Position numbers and translations under genes: made by a program. The notes beneath the pieces were generated by a model. The model worked only from the letters and a program-made list of their open reading frames with translations. It did not search any database and was not told the DNA's origin. DNA of 64,000 bases from a bacterium (GTDB lineage Bacteria; Patescibacteriota; Patescibacteriia; UBA1558; UBA10009). Shown piece by piece: positions 27,656 to 38,467 of this stretch. How positions within the stretch are numbered: position 1 is the stretch's first letter; every line of letters starts with the position of its first letter. The DNA is taken from positions 672,977 through 736,976 of the forward strand of contig JABHGM010000001.1 of NCBI GenBank assembly GCA_018672055.1. Direction: 5' to 3'.

Positions 27656-30322
27656 CTATTCTTCTCTTGAAATAATAGTTGCGTAAAATTGATCAGTATT
27701 TAACTCAGTACTGAATTTCAATCCATTATCCTTGATTACAGTATCAGAACCATTGGTATTGTTTAACCAGTTAATACTAAAACCTTCTGGTAAGTAAAGA
27801 TATGAATTAAAATAGTTATTTTCTACACCTGATTGCTTTTGAACAAGTAAGCTATGATCTAAAACATCATCCTTTTTAAACCATTTAAAGAAACCGCTTT
27901 CTTCTAAATCTAATTCAAAAGGTAGTCTATATGAAAAGGTTAAAGTAGAACTTTCACCAGGTTCAACTTGTATCCAATGTCCAAATACAGTTTTATTTAA
28001 TTCATTATTTATTCTAGTTCTAGATTTTGGATCTGTATATACTTCACCATTTATATTCAACAAATCAATATCTAAACTATATCCAGAATAAATATCTTTG
28101 AATAATGAATCATCTGGTGGCATGAAACCTGTTACTTCAATTAACTCTGAGCCTTCTGGTACATAAATTCTTAAATAATCAACATTATTATCTTTAGCAA
28201 AAACATATCGAGCATCATCTTCTGGTATTAAGTCACCTTGATGTGATCTTTTAATAGAAACTGTATTTACAATCGAACCATCTGATTCAATATATGAATA
28301 ATGATTAATTTCTTGATTAATATATTCATCCGTCTTACCTCCAGCTATATTTGTATTAACTACCATTAAATAATCATGATCAGTATCTTCAATCTCCCCT
28401 GTCCAACCAAATGATCTTGCCTTTTCTTGCATAGAACTGTCAGGGAAATAGAATTGAAAATCTTTCGATTCAAAAGCACTATTTAAAGTTAAAACCAAAG
28501 GTAGAGTATGTTCTGATTTACTAGATAATAGCTTATCAACTAATAATGGCATTAAATCTCCAATAATTTCTTTTGGCTTATTATCTTCATATTCAAATAA
28601 AGTAGCGTGTTGAAGAGCAAGTACTACATTATCTGGAGTTAATACTTTATCGTACTCTGGCATTTCAATATTTCCTACTACTTCTAAAAGATCTGGAACA
28701 ATTGACGAATTTATTGATATGACACCATCAACTGAAGGCCAGTTAGAATTCTCAAAAAACCAAGTTATTTTTTCAGCAGAAGTTGGAAAATCAGCCCACC
28801 AATTAGCATCCCAAATATTCCAAGCTGTTCCAACTAAATGCATTGGGTCTGGAGATATAACTTTTTTAGTTAAATAGCCTTTTAGATCATATGTACCTCC
28901 TGGAGGAACTTCCATATTAATTATTTCACCTTTAACTAAATCAACTAAAGCAAATGTTCCAAAAAATCCTCCAGTTGGTCTTAACTCATTATTATTTTGA
29001 AACATAAACAAATATCTTTTCGGTGACTCATGTCCTAAAACATCTAATGAAAATTTAAATAACTCACTATTATGATTTAAACTATTTTTTAAAATAGGCA
29101 AAGCTTCTTGTAATTGATTAAATGTATCTCTGTATTCACCAGGAATAATTGAGCTATCAACTTCAATTAAATCAGAAATTACTAGATCAAGATCACTATT
29201 AATCTTTTCTAACCCATTATATATAACAACTAAATTATCTGTTAAAGCTTGATCTAAGTCTTTAAATTCTTGACTCTTACTTAAAACTAAAGTTAATTCT
29301 TGAGCAATATCTGAGAACTTTTCACCAGCACTTACCAATTTTTCAGCAGAACTTACTTTTTTCCCAGTTACTGGCAAACCTTTTAAAATTTCAATGAATG
29401 TATGATTAAAATTATCAGTATACTGTTTTACTTCATTAAAATACTGACTAGCACTACCGAAAGAAATACCTGCTTGTTGCCAATTCAAGTCTTGTATAGC
29501 ATCAACACCCGATTTAAACTCATCTAAAGCAACTTCAGAAACACCTAAGACTTCTCCCTTTGTTTCTTGTAAATATTTATAGAAGAATAAGCCACGTATT
29601 GGAATAATTAAAAGTAGAGCTACTAAAGCAAAATTAAGAGCAAATCTAAAATTAATTAACCACTTTTTATCAAATGTAGGAGTTTTGTGTTTAGTTTCTA
29701 ACTTTTTAATTTTTGGAAATTGATTATATATTTTAATTCCAAAATTATCTAACTTTTCTAAGATTCTTTTTCTTTTTAAAAGATTTGTATAACTTGTTTT
29801 CTTTACGATTGGTACTTCAATATTATTAACTAATTTATCTGGTCCTTCTTTTAAATTACTATCAACCTGATTAAAAAACTTAGTAACCAAACTTTCTGGT
29901 GGTTTTTCTAATTTTGATTTTTTTTGAATTCTATCTTTTAAATTTAATAAATATGCTGAGTTATCTAAACTTTGTGAAGTTTTCTTAGTACTAAACTTTC
30001 CATTTTTAAATAATTTAATTTTAATCTCATTTTTAGGTAATAACTCTTTTTTATTCTTGAGACTTGATTCACTACTAATTATTTTATCTAATTCTGAATA
30101 TACTTTTTGTTTCTTTCTAAATTCTAAACTTTCAACTTGATTCATCTCAGCTAAAAATTCAATTTGTTCATCAATTAAAAGATGATCAAGATTAACATTG
30201 TCCTGATCATTTTTTACAGCTTTAATACGTATTGATTTTTTAGCAGGTTTTTTTCTAATAACTTTACTTTTAACTACCTTTTTTTTCAAAGCCTTTTTTT
30301 GTTTTGTTTTAGCTTTAGCCAT
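27656..30322 (-). CDS. DUF4012-domain membrane-anchored protein
   Basis: YLFMFQNNNELRPTGGF.G, DANWWADFPTSA, VNTNIAGGKTD, YLRIYVPEGS, VQKQSG. Confidence 0.85.
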   Translation of the reverse strand: MAKAKTKQKKALKKKVVKSKVIRKKPAKKSIRIKAVKNDQDNVNLDHLLIDEQIEFLAEMNQVESLEFRKKQKVYSELDKIISSESSLKNKKELLPKNEIKIKLFKNGKFSTKKTSQSLDNSAYLLNLKDRIQKKSKLEKPPESLVTKFFNQVDSNLKEGPDKLVNNIEVPIVKKTSYTNLLKRKRILEKLDNFGIKIYNQFPKIKKLETKHKTPTFDKKWLINFRFALNFALVALLLIIPIRGLFFYKYLQETKGEVLGVSEVALDEFKSGVDAIQDLNWQQAGISFGSASQYFNEVKQYTDNFNHTFIEILKGLPVTGKKVSSAEKLVSAGEKFSDIAQELTLVLSKSQEFKDLDQALTDNLVVIYNGLEKINSDLDLVISDLIEVDSSIIPGEYRDTFNQLQEALPILKNSLNHNSELFKFSLDVLGHESPKRYLFMFQNNNELRPTGGFFGTFALVDLVKGEIINMEVPPGGTYDLKGYLTKKVISPDPMHLVGTAWNIWDANWWADFPTSAEKITWFFENSNWPSVDGVISINSSIVPDLLEVVGNIEMPEYDKVLTPDNVVLALQHATLFEYEDNKPKEIIGDLMPLLVDKLLSSKSEHTLPLVLTLNSAFESKDFQFYFPDSSMQEKARSFGWTGEIEDTDHDYLMVVNTNIAGGKTDEYINQEINHYSYIESDGSIVNTVSIKRSHQGDLIPEDDARYVFAKDNNVDYLRIYVPEGSELIEVTGFMPPDDSLFKDIYSGYSLDIDLLNINGEVYTDPKSRTRINNELNKTVFGHWIQVEPGESSTLTFSYRLPFELDLEESGFFKWFKKDDVLDHSLLVQKQSGVENNYFNSYLYLPEGFSINWLNNTNGSDTVIKDNGLKFSTELNTDQFYATIISREE

Positions 30323-30380
30323 TGGGGAAAACTTAAATCATTTGAGCTTTATTATACCACAAAATGACTTGTTATGTAAA

Positions 30381-31472
30381 TTACTTTTTATATAATATAT
30401 TTGTTTCATTTACCATTTTATTCCAACTATATGCTTTTATATTTTCTAAACCTTTTACAATTAATTCTTCTCTTAAATTCTTATCACTTAGTAACATATC
30501 AATTTTATCAAACATATCTGATTCATTATTTGGATCAAAATATATTACTGAATCTTTTAATATTTCTACTAAGCATGATTTATTTGAACTAATAACTGGT
30601 ACACTATGTGCTTGAGCTTCTAAAGGTGGTAAACCAAAACCTTCATAGAGTGAAGGAAATACGTATATTAAAGAATTTTGATATAAAGTTTTTAGTTCTG
30701 ACTCAGAAACATAACCAGTAAATATGACATTAGAATTATTTACTTTTTTTTGTAACTTCCTATAAAACTCATCAACTTCACCTACAAAAACTAATTGATA
30801 TTTATTCTGCTTATTTAATTTATTAAATACTTCTAGTAACTTATCTAAATTCTTATGAGGATAAGCAGATCCTACATATAGTAAATATGGTTTATCTATA
30901 TTAAATCTACTAATTTCTGATTCAGCTTGAGTTTTATCCAAAAAGTAACCTTCATAAATAACACTAATCTTTTCTTGAGGTACTTGATATAGAGAAACTA
31001 GATCAACTTTACCAAATTCACTAGGAACTATTATTTTATTTGCCTTAGCTACTGCATGCTTCATAATTCTCTTATAACCTTTTAATTTAAGGCTATATTG
31101 CCATTTTGGTAAATTAGTAGCCCGTGAATCAGGAAAATGATCAATTATTAAATCATGTATAGTTACAATATACTTTTTATTATATCTAAGTGGTACATTA
31201 AAATGTGGAAAGTGCATTAAATCAACTTTTTCTTTTTTTATGATCCAAGGTACTAATATTTGTTCTTTTAAGCTATACCATCTAGCATTCATTAAAACTT
31301 TTTTAACTCTTTTATTGGATGTACTAAACTCATCATAATTTTCATTAGTTAAAAAAATAACATAATAATTTTTATTATCAAGCTTAATAACACCATCTAC
31401 TAATTTTTTTATATACCTGCCTAGTCCCCTATATTTTGTACCATAGAGTCTAGCATCTATTCCTATTCTCAT
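30381..31472 (-). CDS. GT4 glycosyltransferase (MtfB/WbaZ-like)
   Basis: MRIGIDAR, TIHDL, PHKNL, FPSLYEGFGLPPLEA. Confidence 0.9.
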   Translation of the reverse strand: MRIGIDARLYGTKYRGLGRYIKKLVDGVIKLDNKNYYVIFLTNENYDEFSTSNKRVKKVLMNARWYSLKEQILVPWIIKKEKVDLMHFPHFNVPLRYNKKYIVTIHDLIIDHFPDSRATNLPKWQYSLKLKGYKRIMKHAVAKANKIIVPSEFGKVDLVSLYQVPQEKISVIYEGYFLDKTQAESEISRFNIDKPYLLYVGSAYPHKNLDKLLEVFNKLNKQNKYQLVFVGEVDEFYRKLQKKVNNSNVIFTGYVSESELKTLYQNSLIYVFPSLYEGFGLPPLEAQAHSVPVISSNKSCLVEILKDSVIYFDPNNESDMFDKIDMLLSDKNLREELIVKGLENIKAYSWNKMVNETNILYKK

Positions 31473-32572
31473 AGTTTAAATAGTTTATTAATTTCTAAAG
31501 CTGATTTAGACCAGCTAAACTTTAACATTTTATCCCTACCTTTATTTATTAAATCATCTCTTAATTTATTATCTGTTAATAGCTGATTAATTGCAAATGT
31601 TATTTCTGAAACATTATATGAATTAACTAAAAGTGCTGCATCACCTACTACCTCAGGCATTGATGAATTACTAGATACTATAACTGGACAACCTTGACAC
31701 ATAGCTTCAAGTGGTGGAAAACCAAATCCTTCATAGTAAGATGGCCATACTAACATCTTAGCATTTTTATATATCTCCCATCTTTGATCTGGTAATATGT
31801 AATCAAGTAAATATATTTGTTCTTTTTTAGAAGACTCTTTAACTTGTCTCTTTATTTTATTATATAACCAACCATTACCTCCGGCTATAACTAAATGTAA
31901 GTAAGGATCATTTATTTCTTCAAATGCTTTAATTATAGTGCCAACATTTTTACGAGGTTCTATGGTACCAAGATAAAGAATATATTTTTTAGGTAAAGCC
32001 ATATCAACAATTTTAAATCCAGTATTTTCTAACTCAATTCCAGGATATATAACTTGTATTTTAGATTCATCTAAACCATATAATTTAATTAAATCATTTT
32101 TTGTATTTTCTGATACTGCTATTATTTTATCTGCTTTACTTAATTTGTTCTTTGGATTAATTAAATAATGCCATAATCTCATCTTCCATGAATAAAAGTA
32201 AGGCAGTATCTTAAATGATAAATCATGTACAGTAATTATAGTTTTACAAGATTTGCTAACATGCAAAAAATTTAAATTAGGAAACCAAAAGTAATCAACA
32301 CCTTTAACCAACTTGTCTAATCTTCTAAGTTTTAAAATTAATACTAAATTTAATAGTTTATTAGGCACTCCCTTATGTATTAACTTAACATTAGGATAAC
32401 TCTTTAACTCTTTACGTATCTTAGTATCTAATGGAGTTGCTGAGTTATAGAATAGCTTATACTCATTCTCAGTATCTACTAGTAATAGATTTTTAAGTAT
32501 ATAAAAAGTATAAATACCAACACCAGTAAGCTTATTTCCTCCTAAACATCTAATATCCACACCTATTGTCAT
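31469..32572 (-). CDS. GT4 glycosyltransferase (MtfB-like)
   Basis: TGVG.Y, TVHDL, GTIEPRKN, PSYYEGFGFPPLEAM. Confidence 0.9.
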   Translation of the reverse strand: MTIGVDIRCLGGNKLTGVGIYTFYILKNLLLVDTENEYKLFYNSATPLDTKIRKELKSYPNVKLIHKGVPNKLLNLVLILKLRRLDKLVKGVDYFWFPNLNFLHVSKSCKTIITVHDLSFKILPYFYSWKMRLWHYLINPKNKLSKADKIIAVSENTKNDLIKLYGLDESKIQVIYPGIELENTGFKIVDMALPKKYILYLGTIEPRKNVGTIIKAFEEINDPYLHLVIAGGNGWLYNKIKRQVKESSKKEQIYLLDYILPDQRWEIYKNAKMLVWPSYYEGFGFPPLEAMCQGCPVIVSSNSSMPEVVGDAALLVNSYNVSEITFAINQLLTDNKLRDDLINKGRDKMLKFSWSKSALEINKLFKL

Positions 32573-32663
32573 ATATAAGGATTTTACACTAAATATTAGC
32601 TTAAATAAAGCTAAATTTAGCCTCTGTTGATAATATATTAATATTTAAGTATAATTATGCCAT

Positions 32664-33641
32664 ATGAGTGATAAAATAGGTAAAAACATAGTAGTAACAG
32701 GTGGTGCAGGCTTTATTGGTTTCCACTTATCTAAGAGATTATTAGAACTAGGTCATAAAGTGACTATTATTGATAATTTAAGTGATTATTATAATACTAA
32801 GCTTAAAAATGATCGTTTAGCTGAAATCACTGAGAATCCAAACATAACAATACATGAAATAGACATATCTAAACCTCAAGAACTAAATGATATATTTAAA
32901 AATAATAATTTTGATTTAGTGTATCATATAGCAGCTCAACCTGGAGTTAGATATTCATTTGAAAATCCAGAAGTATATTTAACTACTAATATTGAAGGTA
33001 CAAATAATATATTAGAGTTGATGGTAAAGTATAAGATAAAAAATATTATATTTGCTTCTTCGTCATCAGTATATGGTAATTCAGATAAAGAATCATTTAG
33101 TGAAGATGATAACACGAGTAATCCTGTCTCACTTTACGCTGTTACTAAATTAACTTGTGAAAGCTTATTAAAATATTATCATCATCAATATAATTTAAAT
33201 GTAATTGCTTTTAGATTCTTCACAGTTTATGGTCCATGGGGTAGACCAGATATGGCACCCTTCCTATTTACAGAAAAAATCTCTAAAGGAAAAGAAATAG
33301 ATGTGTACAATAATGGCAAGCATCAACGTGACTTTACATATATAGATGACATAATAGAAGGTAATATAAAAGCATTGGATGTAATTAAAGATGGAATGTT
33401 TGAAATAATTAATTTAGGCAATTCTAAATCAATTGAACTAGAATACTTTATTTCAGTGATAGAAAAAGAATTAAATCAAACAGCAAAAAAGAATTATCTA
33501 CCTATGCAACCCGGAGATGTTGTAAAAACGTCAGCTGATATTAGTAAAGCTAAAGAGTTACTTAATTGGCAACCAACAACTTCAATAGAAGTAGGTATGA
33601 ATAAATTTATTAACTGGTATAAAGATTATTTTAAAATTTAA
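32664..33641 (+). CDS. UDP-glucuronate 4-epimerase family extended SDR
   Basis: [53 protein letters not shown]. Confidence 0.9.
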   Translation: MSDKIGKNIVVTGGAGFIGFHLSKRLLELGHKVTIIDNLSDYYNTKLKNDRLAEITENPNITIHEIDISKPQELNDIFKNNNFDLVYHIAAQPGVRYSFENPEVYLTTNIEGTNNILELMVKYKIKNIIFASSSSVYGNSDKESFSEDDNTSNPVSLYAVTKLTCESLLKYYHHQYNLNVIAFRFFTVYGPWGRPDMAPFLFTEKISKGKEIDVYNNGKHQRDFTYIDDIIEGNIKALDVIKDGMFEIINLGNSKSIELEYFISVIEKELNQTAKKNYLPMQPGDVVKTSADISKAKELLNWQPTTSIEVGMNKFINWYKDYFKI

Positions 33642-33652
33642 ATAGTATAAAT

Positions 33653-34684
33653 ATGAAAAAAGCATTAATAACCGGTATCACCGGACAAGATGGAAGTTAC
33701 TTAGCAGAATTCCTATTAAAAAAAGGTTATGAAGTATATGGTATACAACGCAAGGCTTCTACTTTTAATACAATTAGAATTAATCATATATATGATGATA
33801 ATCCTGAAGTAAAAAACTTTCACACAATATATGGTGATTTAACAGATGGTAGTAATTTAAGTAGAACTATAGAAAAAATAAGTCCAGATGAAATATATAA
33901 CTTAGGAGCACAAACTCATGTTCAAGTTAGTTTTCAAATTCCAGTCTATACTTCTAACGTAGATGGCTTAGGTGTTCTTAGAATGCTTGATGCAATTAAA
34001 GAATCTGAAATTAAAACTAAATTCTATCAAGCTTCTTCATCAGAAATGTTTGGTAATAGTAAAGAGTCTCCACAGAATGAAAATACAATATTTAATCCTC
34101 GTTCACCATATGCCTGTGCTAAAGTTTTTGCACATTATTTAACAGTTAATTACAGAGAAGCATATAATCTATTTGCTTGTTCAGGTATACTATTTAACCA
34201 TGAATCACCAAGAAGAGGCGAAACATTTGTTTCAAGAAAAATAACTAGAGGTTTTGCAAGAATTAAACTAGGGTTAGATGATAAATTAATACTTGGTAAC
34301 TTAGAAGCTAAAAGAGATTGGGGTTTTGCTCCTGAATATATAGAAGCTATGTGGTTAATGTTACAACAAGATAAACCTGATGATTTTGTAATAGCTACTG
34401 GAGAAAATCACACAGTAAGAGAATTTGTGGAAAAAACAGCTAAATATTTCGATTTTGATTTAGAATGGCAAGGAACAGGAGTAAAAGAAAAAGGAATTGA
34501 TAAAAAATCAGGTAAAATAATTGTAGAAATAAGTGAATCATACTTTAGACCAGCAGAAGTTGATGAATTAATTGGTGATTATTCAAAAGCTAAAGAATTA
34601 CTTAATTGGGAACCTAAAGTTAAATTCGACGAATTAGTTAATATAATGTCAGAAGCAGATTTTAAACAACAAGATAAAAAATAA
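33653..34684 (+). CDS. gmd: GDP-mannose 4,6-dehydratase
   Basis: [49 protein letters not shown]. Confidence 0.97.
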   Translation: MKKALITGITGQDGSYLAEFLLKKGYEVYGIQRKASTFNTIRINHIYDDNPEVKNFHTIYGDLTDGSNLSRTIEKISPDEIYNLGAQTHVQVSFQIPVYTSNVDGLGVLRMLDAIKESEIKTKFYQASSSEMFGNSKESPQNENTIFNPRSPYACAKVFAHYLTVNYREAYNLFACSGILFNHESPRRGETFVSRKITRGFARIKLGLDDKLILGNLEAKRDWGFAPEYIEAMWLMLQQDKPDDFVIATGENHTVREFVEKTAKYFDFDLEWQGTGVKEKGIDKKSGKIIVEISESYFRPAEVDELIGDYSKAKELLNWEPKVKFDELVNIMSEADFKQQDKK

Positions 34685-34687
34685 TTT

Positions 34688-35626
34688 ATGATTAAAGACA
34701 AAAAAATATTAGTAACTGGAGGATCAGGTTTTCTAGGTAAACGTGTTATTAAACGTTTAAAAGAAGAAGGATATAATTTCTGTAGCACTTCTTTAAGTGA
34801 AGGTGTTGATTTCAGAAATTATAATCAAACAATTGAATATTTTAAAAAAGAAAAACCTGATATAGTAATTAACTGTGCAACATTTATAGGTGGTATAAAA
34901 TTTGGAATGGATCATAGAGGTGAAATATATTATAATAATACATTAATATCAAATAATTTAATTGAAGCTTCTAGAGAACTTAAAGTAGAAAGATTCATTA
35001 ACCCAATTTCAAACTGTTCATACCCAAATGTTGGAGATAGAAAATTTAAAGAAGAAGACTGGTGGCAAGGAGAACTAGATGAATCAGTTATGGTTTATGG
35101 AATGTGTAGAAAAATGAGCTGGGTTCAAGCTTACGCATATCATAAACAATATGGTATGAATTTTATTAACTTAATTATTCCAAATATGTATGGACCTGGT
35201 GATCATTTTGAAGAAGTAAGATCACATGCTCTCGGTGCTCTAGTCATGAAAATTGTTAAAGCTAAAGAAGAAAACTTACCAGAAGTAACTGTTTGGGGTA
35301 CAGGTAGCCCAGTAAGAGAATGGTTATATATAGATGATACAGTAGAAATATTATTAGAGTCACTTGAAATAGAACCATTTATTGAAGCAATAAACATTGG
35401 TGTAGGAAAAGGCGTTACTATAAAAGAATTAGCAGAAACTATAAAAGAACAAGTAGGTTATGAGGGTAATTTAACTTTTGATACAGAAAAACCAGATGGT
35501 GCTCCTTATAAAGCGATGGATATAACAAAGAGTAAAAAAATATTTAAAAATTTACCTAATACAGAATTAGATCAAGGAATTAAACAAACAATTGAATATT
35601 ATTACAAAGAAGTATTAAAAAAATAA
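34688..35626 (+). CDS. fcl: GDP-L-fucose/colitose synthase family epimerase-reductase
   Basis: Follows gmd; GGI, N.YGPGDHF...SHAL.AL, VWGTGSPVRE, KPDGAP; catalytic residues divergent (SNCSY, YGMCRK). Confidence 0.75.
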   Translation: MIKDKKILVTGGSGFLGKRVIKRLKEEGYNFCSTSLSEGVDFRNYNQTIEYFKKEKPDIVINCATFIGGIKFGMDHRGEIYYNNTLISNNLIEASRELKVERFINPISNCSYPNVGDRKFKEEDWWQGELDESVMVYGMCRKMSWVQAYAYHKQYGMNFINLIIPNMYGPGDHFEEVRSHALGALVMKIVKAKEENLPEVTVWGTGSPVREWLYIDDTVEILLESLEIEPFIEAINIGVGKGVTIKELAETIKEQVGYEGNLTFDTEKPDGAPYKAMDITKSKKIFKNLPNTELDQGIKQTIEYYYKEVLKK

Positions 35627-35632
35627 TATAAT

Positions 35633-35663
35633 AAAAAAACTGGTTTAAAAAAATCAGTTTTTT
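35633..35663. terminator. Bidirectional terminator
   Basis: aaaaaactggttt...aaatcagtttttt between convergent operons. Confidence 0.7.
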
Positions 35664-35669
35664 GTTTAT

Positions 35670-35945
35670 TTAATTCAATAACTTTTTATATATCTCAACT
35701 TGTCTATCAATTAAAATATTTGAGTCATAATTTTTTAATACATGGTCTCTGCCAAAATTACTAAACTCTGGCCATAAGTCTGAGCTATTTATATAAGTAA
35801 GAATTTTTTCAGCTAATTCTTTGTAATTATTCTCATCAACTAAAAAACCATTCTTACCATCAATGATCTGGTCAGGTAAACCACTATGTCTTGTAGTAAT
35901 TACCGGTAAACCTGTAGCTAAAGCTTGTGATATTACAGTATTCAT
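35670..35945 (-). CDS. C-terminal part of a split WcaL/AmsK-like GT4
   Basis: VISQALATGLPVITTRHSGLPDQIIDGKNGFLV corresponds to the GT4 segment after EX7E; same frame as the upstream part. Confidence 0.75.
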   Translation of the reverse strand: MNTVISQALATGLPVITTRHSGLPDQIIDGKNGFLVDENNYKELAEKILTYINSSDLWPEFSNFGRDHVLKNYDSNILIDRQVEIYKKLLN

Positions 35946-35948
35946 AAA

Positions 35949-36923
35949 TTATTCCATGTCCCCATCCTTAGCAGTTTTTGAAGGTTGAATAAACAAATGC
36001 ATATCCTTAAAATATTTAATTACATTCTCTAATTTCATATAACCTTTAAATTCTACTAAATTTTTTAAATTTAACTTACTATATAAGTCATATATTTCGT
36101 CTTTTAATGGACCATCCCCTATTATATAACATTTAAATTTTTTATTTGTTTTTACTTTAACAATAGCTAAAGCTTTTAATAAATCATCAAATCCTTTTTT
36201 CTCAACAAAATTACCTACAGAAATCAAATTAATCTGTTCATCATTTTCTAAACTTCTTTTATTAAAAGGATATGACTCAACATCAATACTAACTGGTAAA
36301 ACTTCTACCCTATCTTCAGGAAAACCATACTCCACTACCCTTTCTTTCATATTATTTGACATAACTAAAAAGTTGGAAGATTGTTTTATTAATTTATCAT
36401 AATAGCTACTTGGTTTTTCTCTAAATGATCTAGATACATCATACCCATATAAAGTAGTAACTATCTTTTGTTTTAAATTAAGAATTTCTTTAACTATTAA
36501 ATATCTATTTGCTACTGGTCCAAAATGACAATGAACTAAATCAAACTTTTTATTAATAAATGGAGTTACCCAAAAAATTAATTTAAGTGAAGAAGCGTTT
36601 CTACCATACTTTTTAAAATTAAATAAATCTATTAAGATTATTGGTTTAGTAAATAATATTAATATAATTTTAGGAATAGCAAGTAGGATCCTAAGTAAAT
36701 AATTTTTTGGCATTTCTAAATAATTAATAATATCTTTCATATTATATTCCTGAAATCTATCTGAAATTATATCATTACCTTTAAAATCTTTTCTAAATGA
36801 AAATACTTCTACTTCTATTCCCCTATCTTTTAAATCAGCAATTTGATTGATAATAAAAGTTTCGGAAACTCTGGGAAAGTTTCCGACTACAAAAGCAACT
36901 TTAATTTTATTATCATTTTTCAT
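35949..36923 (-). CDS. N-terminal part of a split WcaL/AmsK-like GT4
   Basis: FPRVSETFIINQI, HCHFG, GYDVS, EKKG; ends PSKTAKDGDME then TAA. Confidence 0.85.
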   Translation of the reverse strand: MKNDNKIKVAFVVGNFPRVSETFIINQIADLKDRGIEVEVFSFRKDFKGNDIISDRFQEYNMKDIINYLEMPKNYLLRILLAIPKIILILFTKPIILIDLFNFKKYGRNASSLKLIFWVTPFINKKFDLVHCHFGPVANRYLIVKEILNLKQKIVTTLYGYDVSRSFREKPSSYYDKLIKQSSNFLVMSNNMKERVVEYGFPEDRVEVLPVSIDVESYPFNKRSLENDEQINLISVGNFVEKKGFDDLLKALAIVKVKTNKKFKCYIIGDGPLKDEIYDLYSKLNLKNLVEFKGYMKLENVIKYFKDMHLFIQPSKTAKDGDME

Positions 36924-38016
36924 AAAATTCTCTAATCTTCAAACATACATATTTAATTTCTTTAACAGTAAGCTCAGGACTAAGTGGTAAAGAAAGAATC
37001 TCTTTTGAAATTTTACTAACTACAGGAAGATCACTATTTTTTAATTTTAAAAAATTATAACATTTTTGTAAATGAATTGGCTTAGGATAATGAATACCAG
37101 TTTGAATATTGTGCTTTGTTAAATATTGTTGTAACTTATCCCTTTTACTAGTTTGTATTACAAATAAATGCCAAACTCTTTTAATCTTTTTACTAGAACT
37201 AAGTGGTAATTTAATTGGCAAACCTTTTAATTCATTCAAATATATTTTAGCTAATTGATTTCTCTCTTTATTCAAACGAGCAAGTTTAGTTAAACCAAAA
37301 CTTAATAATCCGGCCTGTACTTCATCAAGACGTGAATTATATCCTTCATATACAGAATTATTACGCCCAACTTCGCCATAATGCCTAAGTGCCCTTAATT
37401 TATCACCTAGAGCCTTATTATTCGTTACAACAGCACCAGCATCACCAAAGGTACCTAATATTTTAGTAGGATAAAAGCTAAAACAACTAATATCACCAAA
37501 TGTACCCAGAAATTTATTATTATACTTAGCACCAAAAGATTGAGCCACATCTTCAATTAAAAATAAGCCATACTTTTTAGCTAAGCTTTTTATTTTTAAA
37601 ATTTCTGCAGGATAACCATATAAATGGACCAGAACAATAGCTTTAGTTTTCTTAGTAATTTTTTTTTCAATTAACTCAACATCTATATTGTATGTATCTA
37701 CGTTTATATCAATAAGTATAGGCATAGCACCTGTTTGTCTAATTGCACTAATGGTAGGTACTGCAGTATGAGATGTAGTAATTACTTCATCTTTCTCAGT
37801 TATACCTAATGCTTTTAATGCTAAAAATAATGCATCAGTACCAGAACTTACACCTATAACATGCTTAATATTGAATAATTTACTTAACTTTTTTTCTAAT
37901 TTATCTAATTCTTTACCTAAAATAAAATTACCACTACTGAATATTCTATCCATTACTTTAATAATTTCTTTCTTATTTAATCTATATCTTTTTTTAAAGT
38001 TATTAAATAATATCAT
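36913..38016 (-). CDS. DegT/DnrJ sugar aminotransferase (FdtB/QdtB-like)
   Basis: SSGTDAL, VHLYG, EDVAQ, FSFYPTK.LG..GDAG, NSRLDEVQA. Confidence 0.9.
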   Translation of the reverse strand: MILFNNFKKRYRLNKKEIIKVMDRIFSSGNFILGKELDKLEKKLSKLFNIKHVIGVSSGTDALFLALKALGITEKDEVITTSHTAVPTISAIRQTGAMPILIDINVDTYNIDVELIEKKITKKTKAIVLVHLYGYPAEILKIKSLAKKYGLFLIEDVAQSFGAKYNNKFLGTFGDISCFSFYPTKILGTFGDAGAVVTNNKALGDKLRALRHYGEVGRNNSVYEGYNSRLDEVQAGLLSFGLTKLARLNKERNQLAKIYLNELKGLPIKLPLSSSKKIKRVWHLFVIQTSKRDKLQQYLTKHNIQTGIHYPKPIHLQKCYNFLKLKNSDLPVVSKISKEILSLPLSPELTVKEIKYVCLKIREFYEK

Positions 38017-38017
38017 G

Positions 38018-38467
38018 TTAATTATTTATTGATTTAATAAAATCCTCATAATTTCTAAAATAATCAGCTTCATCAAAGTAATCACTAGCTAGTACCAATA
38101 TTACACAATCTTTTGAAAAACTTGTCATCTCATGCCATAATTTTGGTCCTAGCCTAATACCAATATATGGATCATTCATTACTATTTCTTGTTTATTTGT
38201 ACCATCATCCAATTTAATCTTAAATGAACCATTTACACAAAAAATATACTGCTCTAACTTCTTATGAGCGTGTTTACCTCTAACTGATCTAAATCTATGT
38301 AAGTTATTTATAAAATAAACTCTTTTTATATCAAAAGGAACACTTTTCATAGATTCAGCTATTACTAAGTTACCATCAGGTTCATCATTAAAAAATTGTA
38401 ATTTAATTACACCCGAATTCTTTACTAAAATTTCAATATCTTTTTTCATACTATTTTTTACCAACAA
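38018..38467 (-). CDS. dTDP-4-keto-6-deoxyglucose 3,4-ketoisomerase, FdtA/QdtA cupin (true start probably ATG 38449)
   Basis: G.L...E....VPFDIKRVYF, RGKHAHK, WHEM..FS.DCV.LVLAS...DE.DY.R.Y. Confidence 0.9.
   Translation of the reverse strand: MLVKNSMKKDIEILVKNSGVIKLQFFNDEPDGNLVIAESMKSVPFDIKRVYFINNLHRFRSVRGKHAHKKLEQYIFCVNGSFKIKLDDGTNKQEIVMNDPYIGIRLGPKLWHEMTSFSKDCVILVLASDYFDEADYFRNYEDFIKSINN

Noticed and set aside
33546-34614. 29-nt near-identical repeat (27/29) at 33546-33574 and 34586-34614
   Set aside because: Encodes the homologous KAKELLNW[Q/E]P motif of two extended SDR enzymes under strong AT codon bias; not a mobile or regulatory repeat.
35946-35951. Alternative genetic code (code 25) or selenocysteine explaining the split GT
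   Set aside because: The stop is TAA, and TGA is a normal stop elsewhere (lepA, ATGA overlaps).
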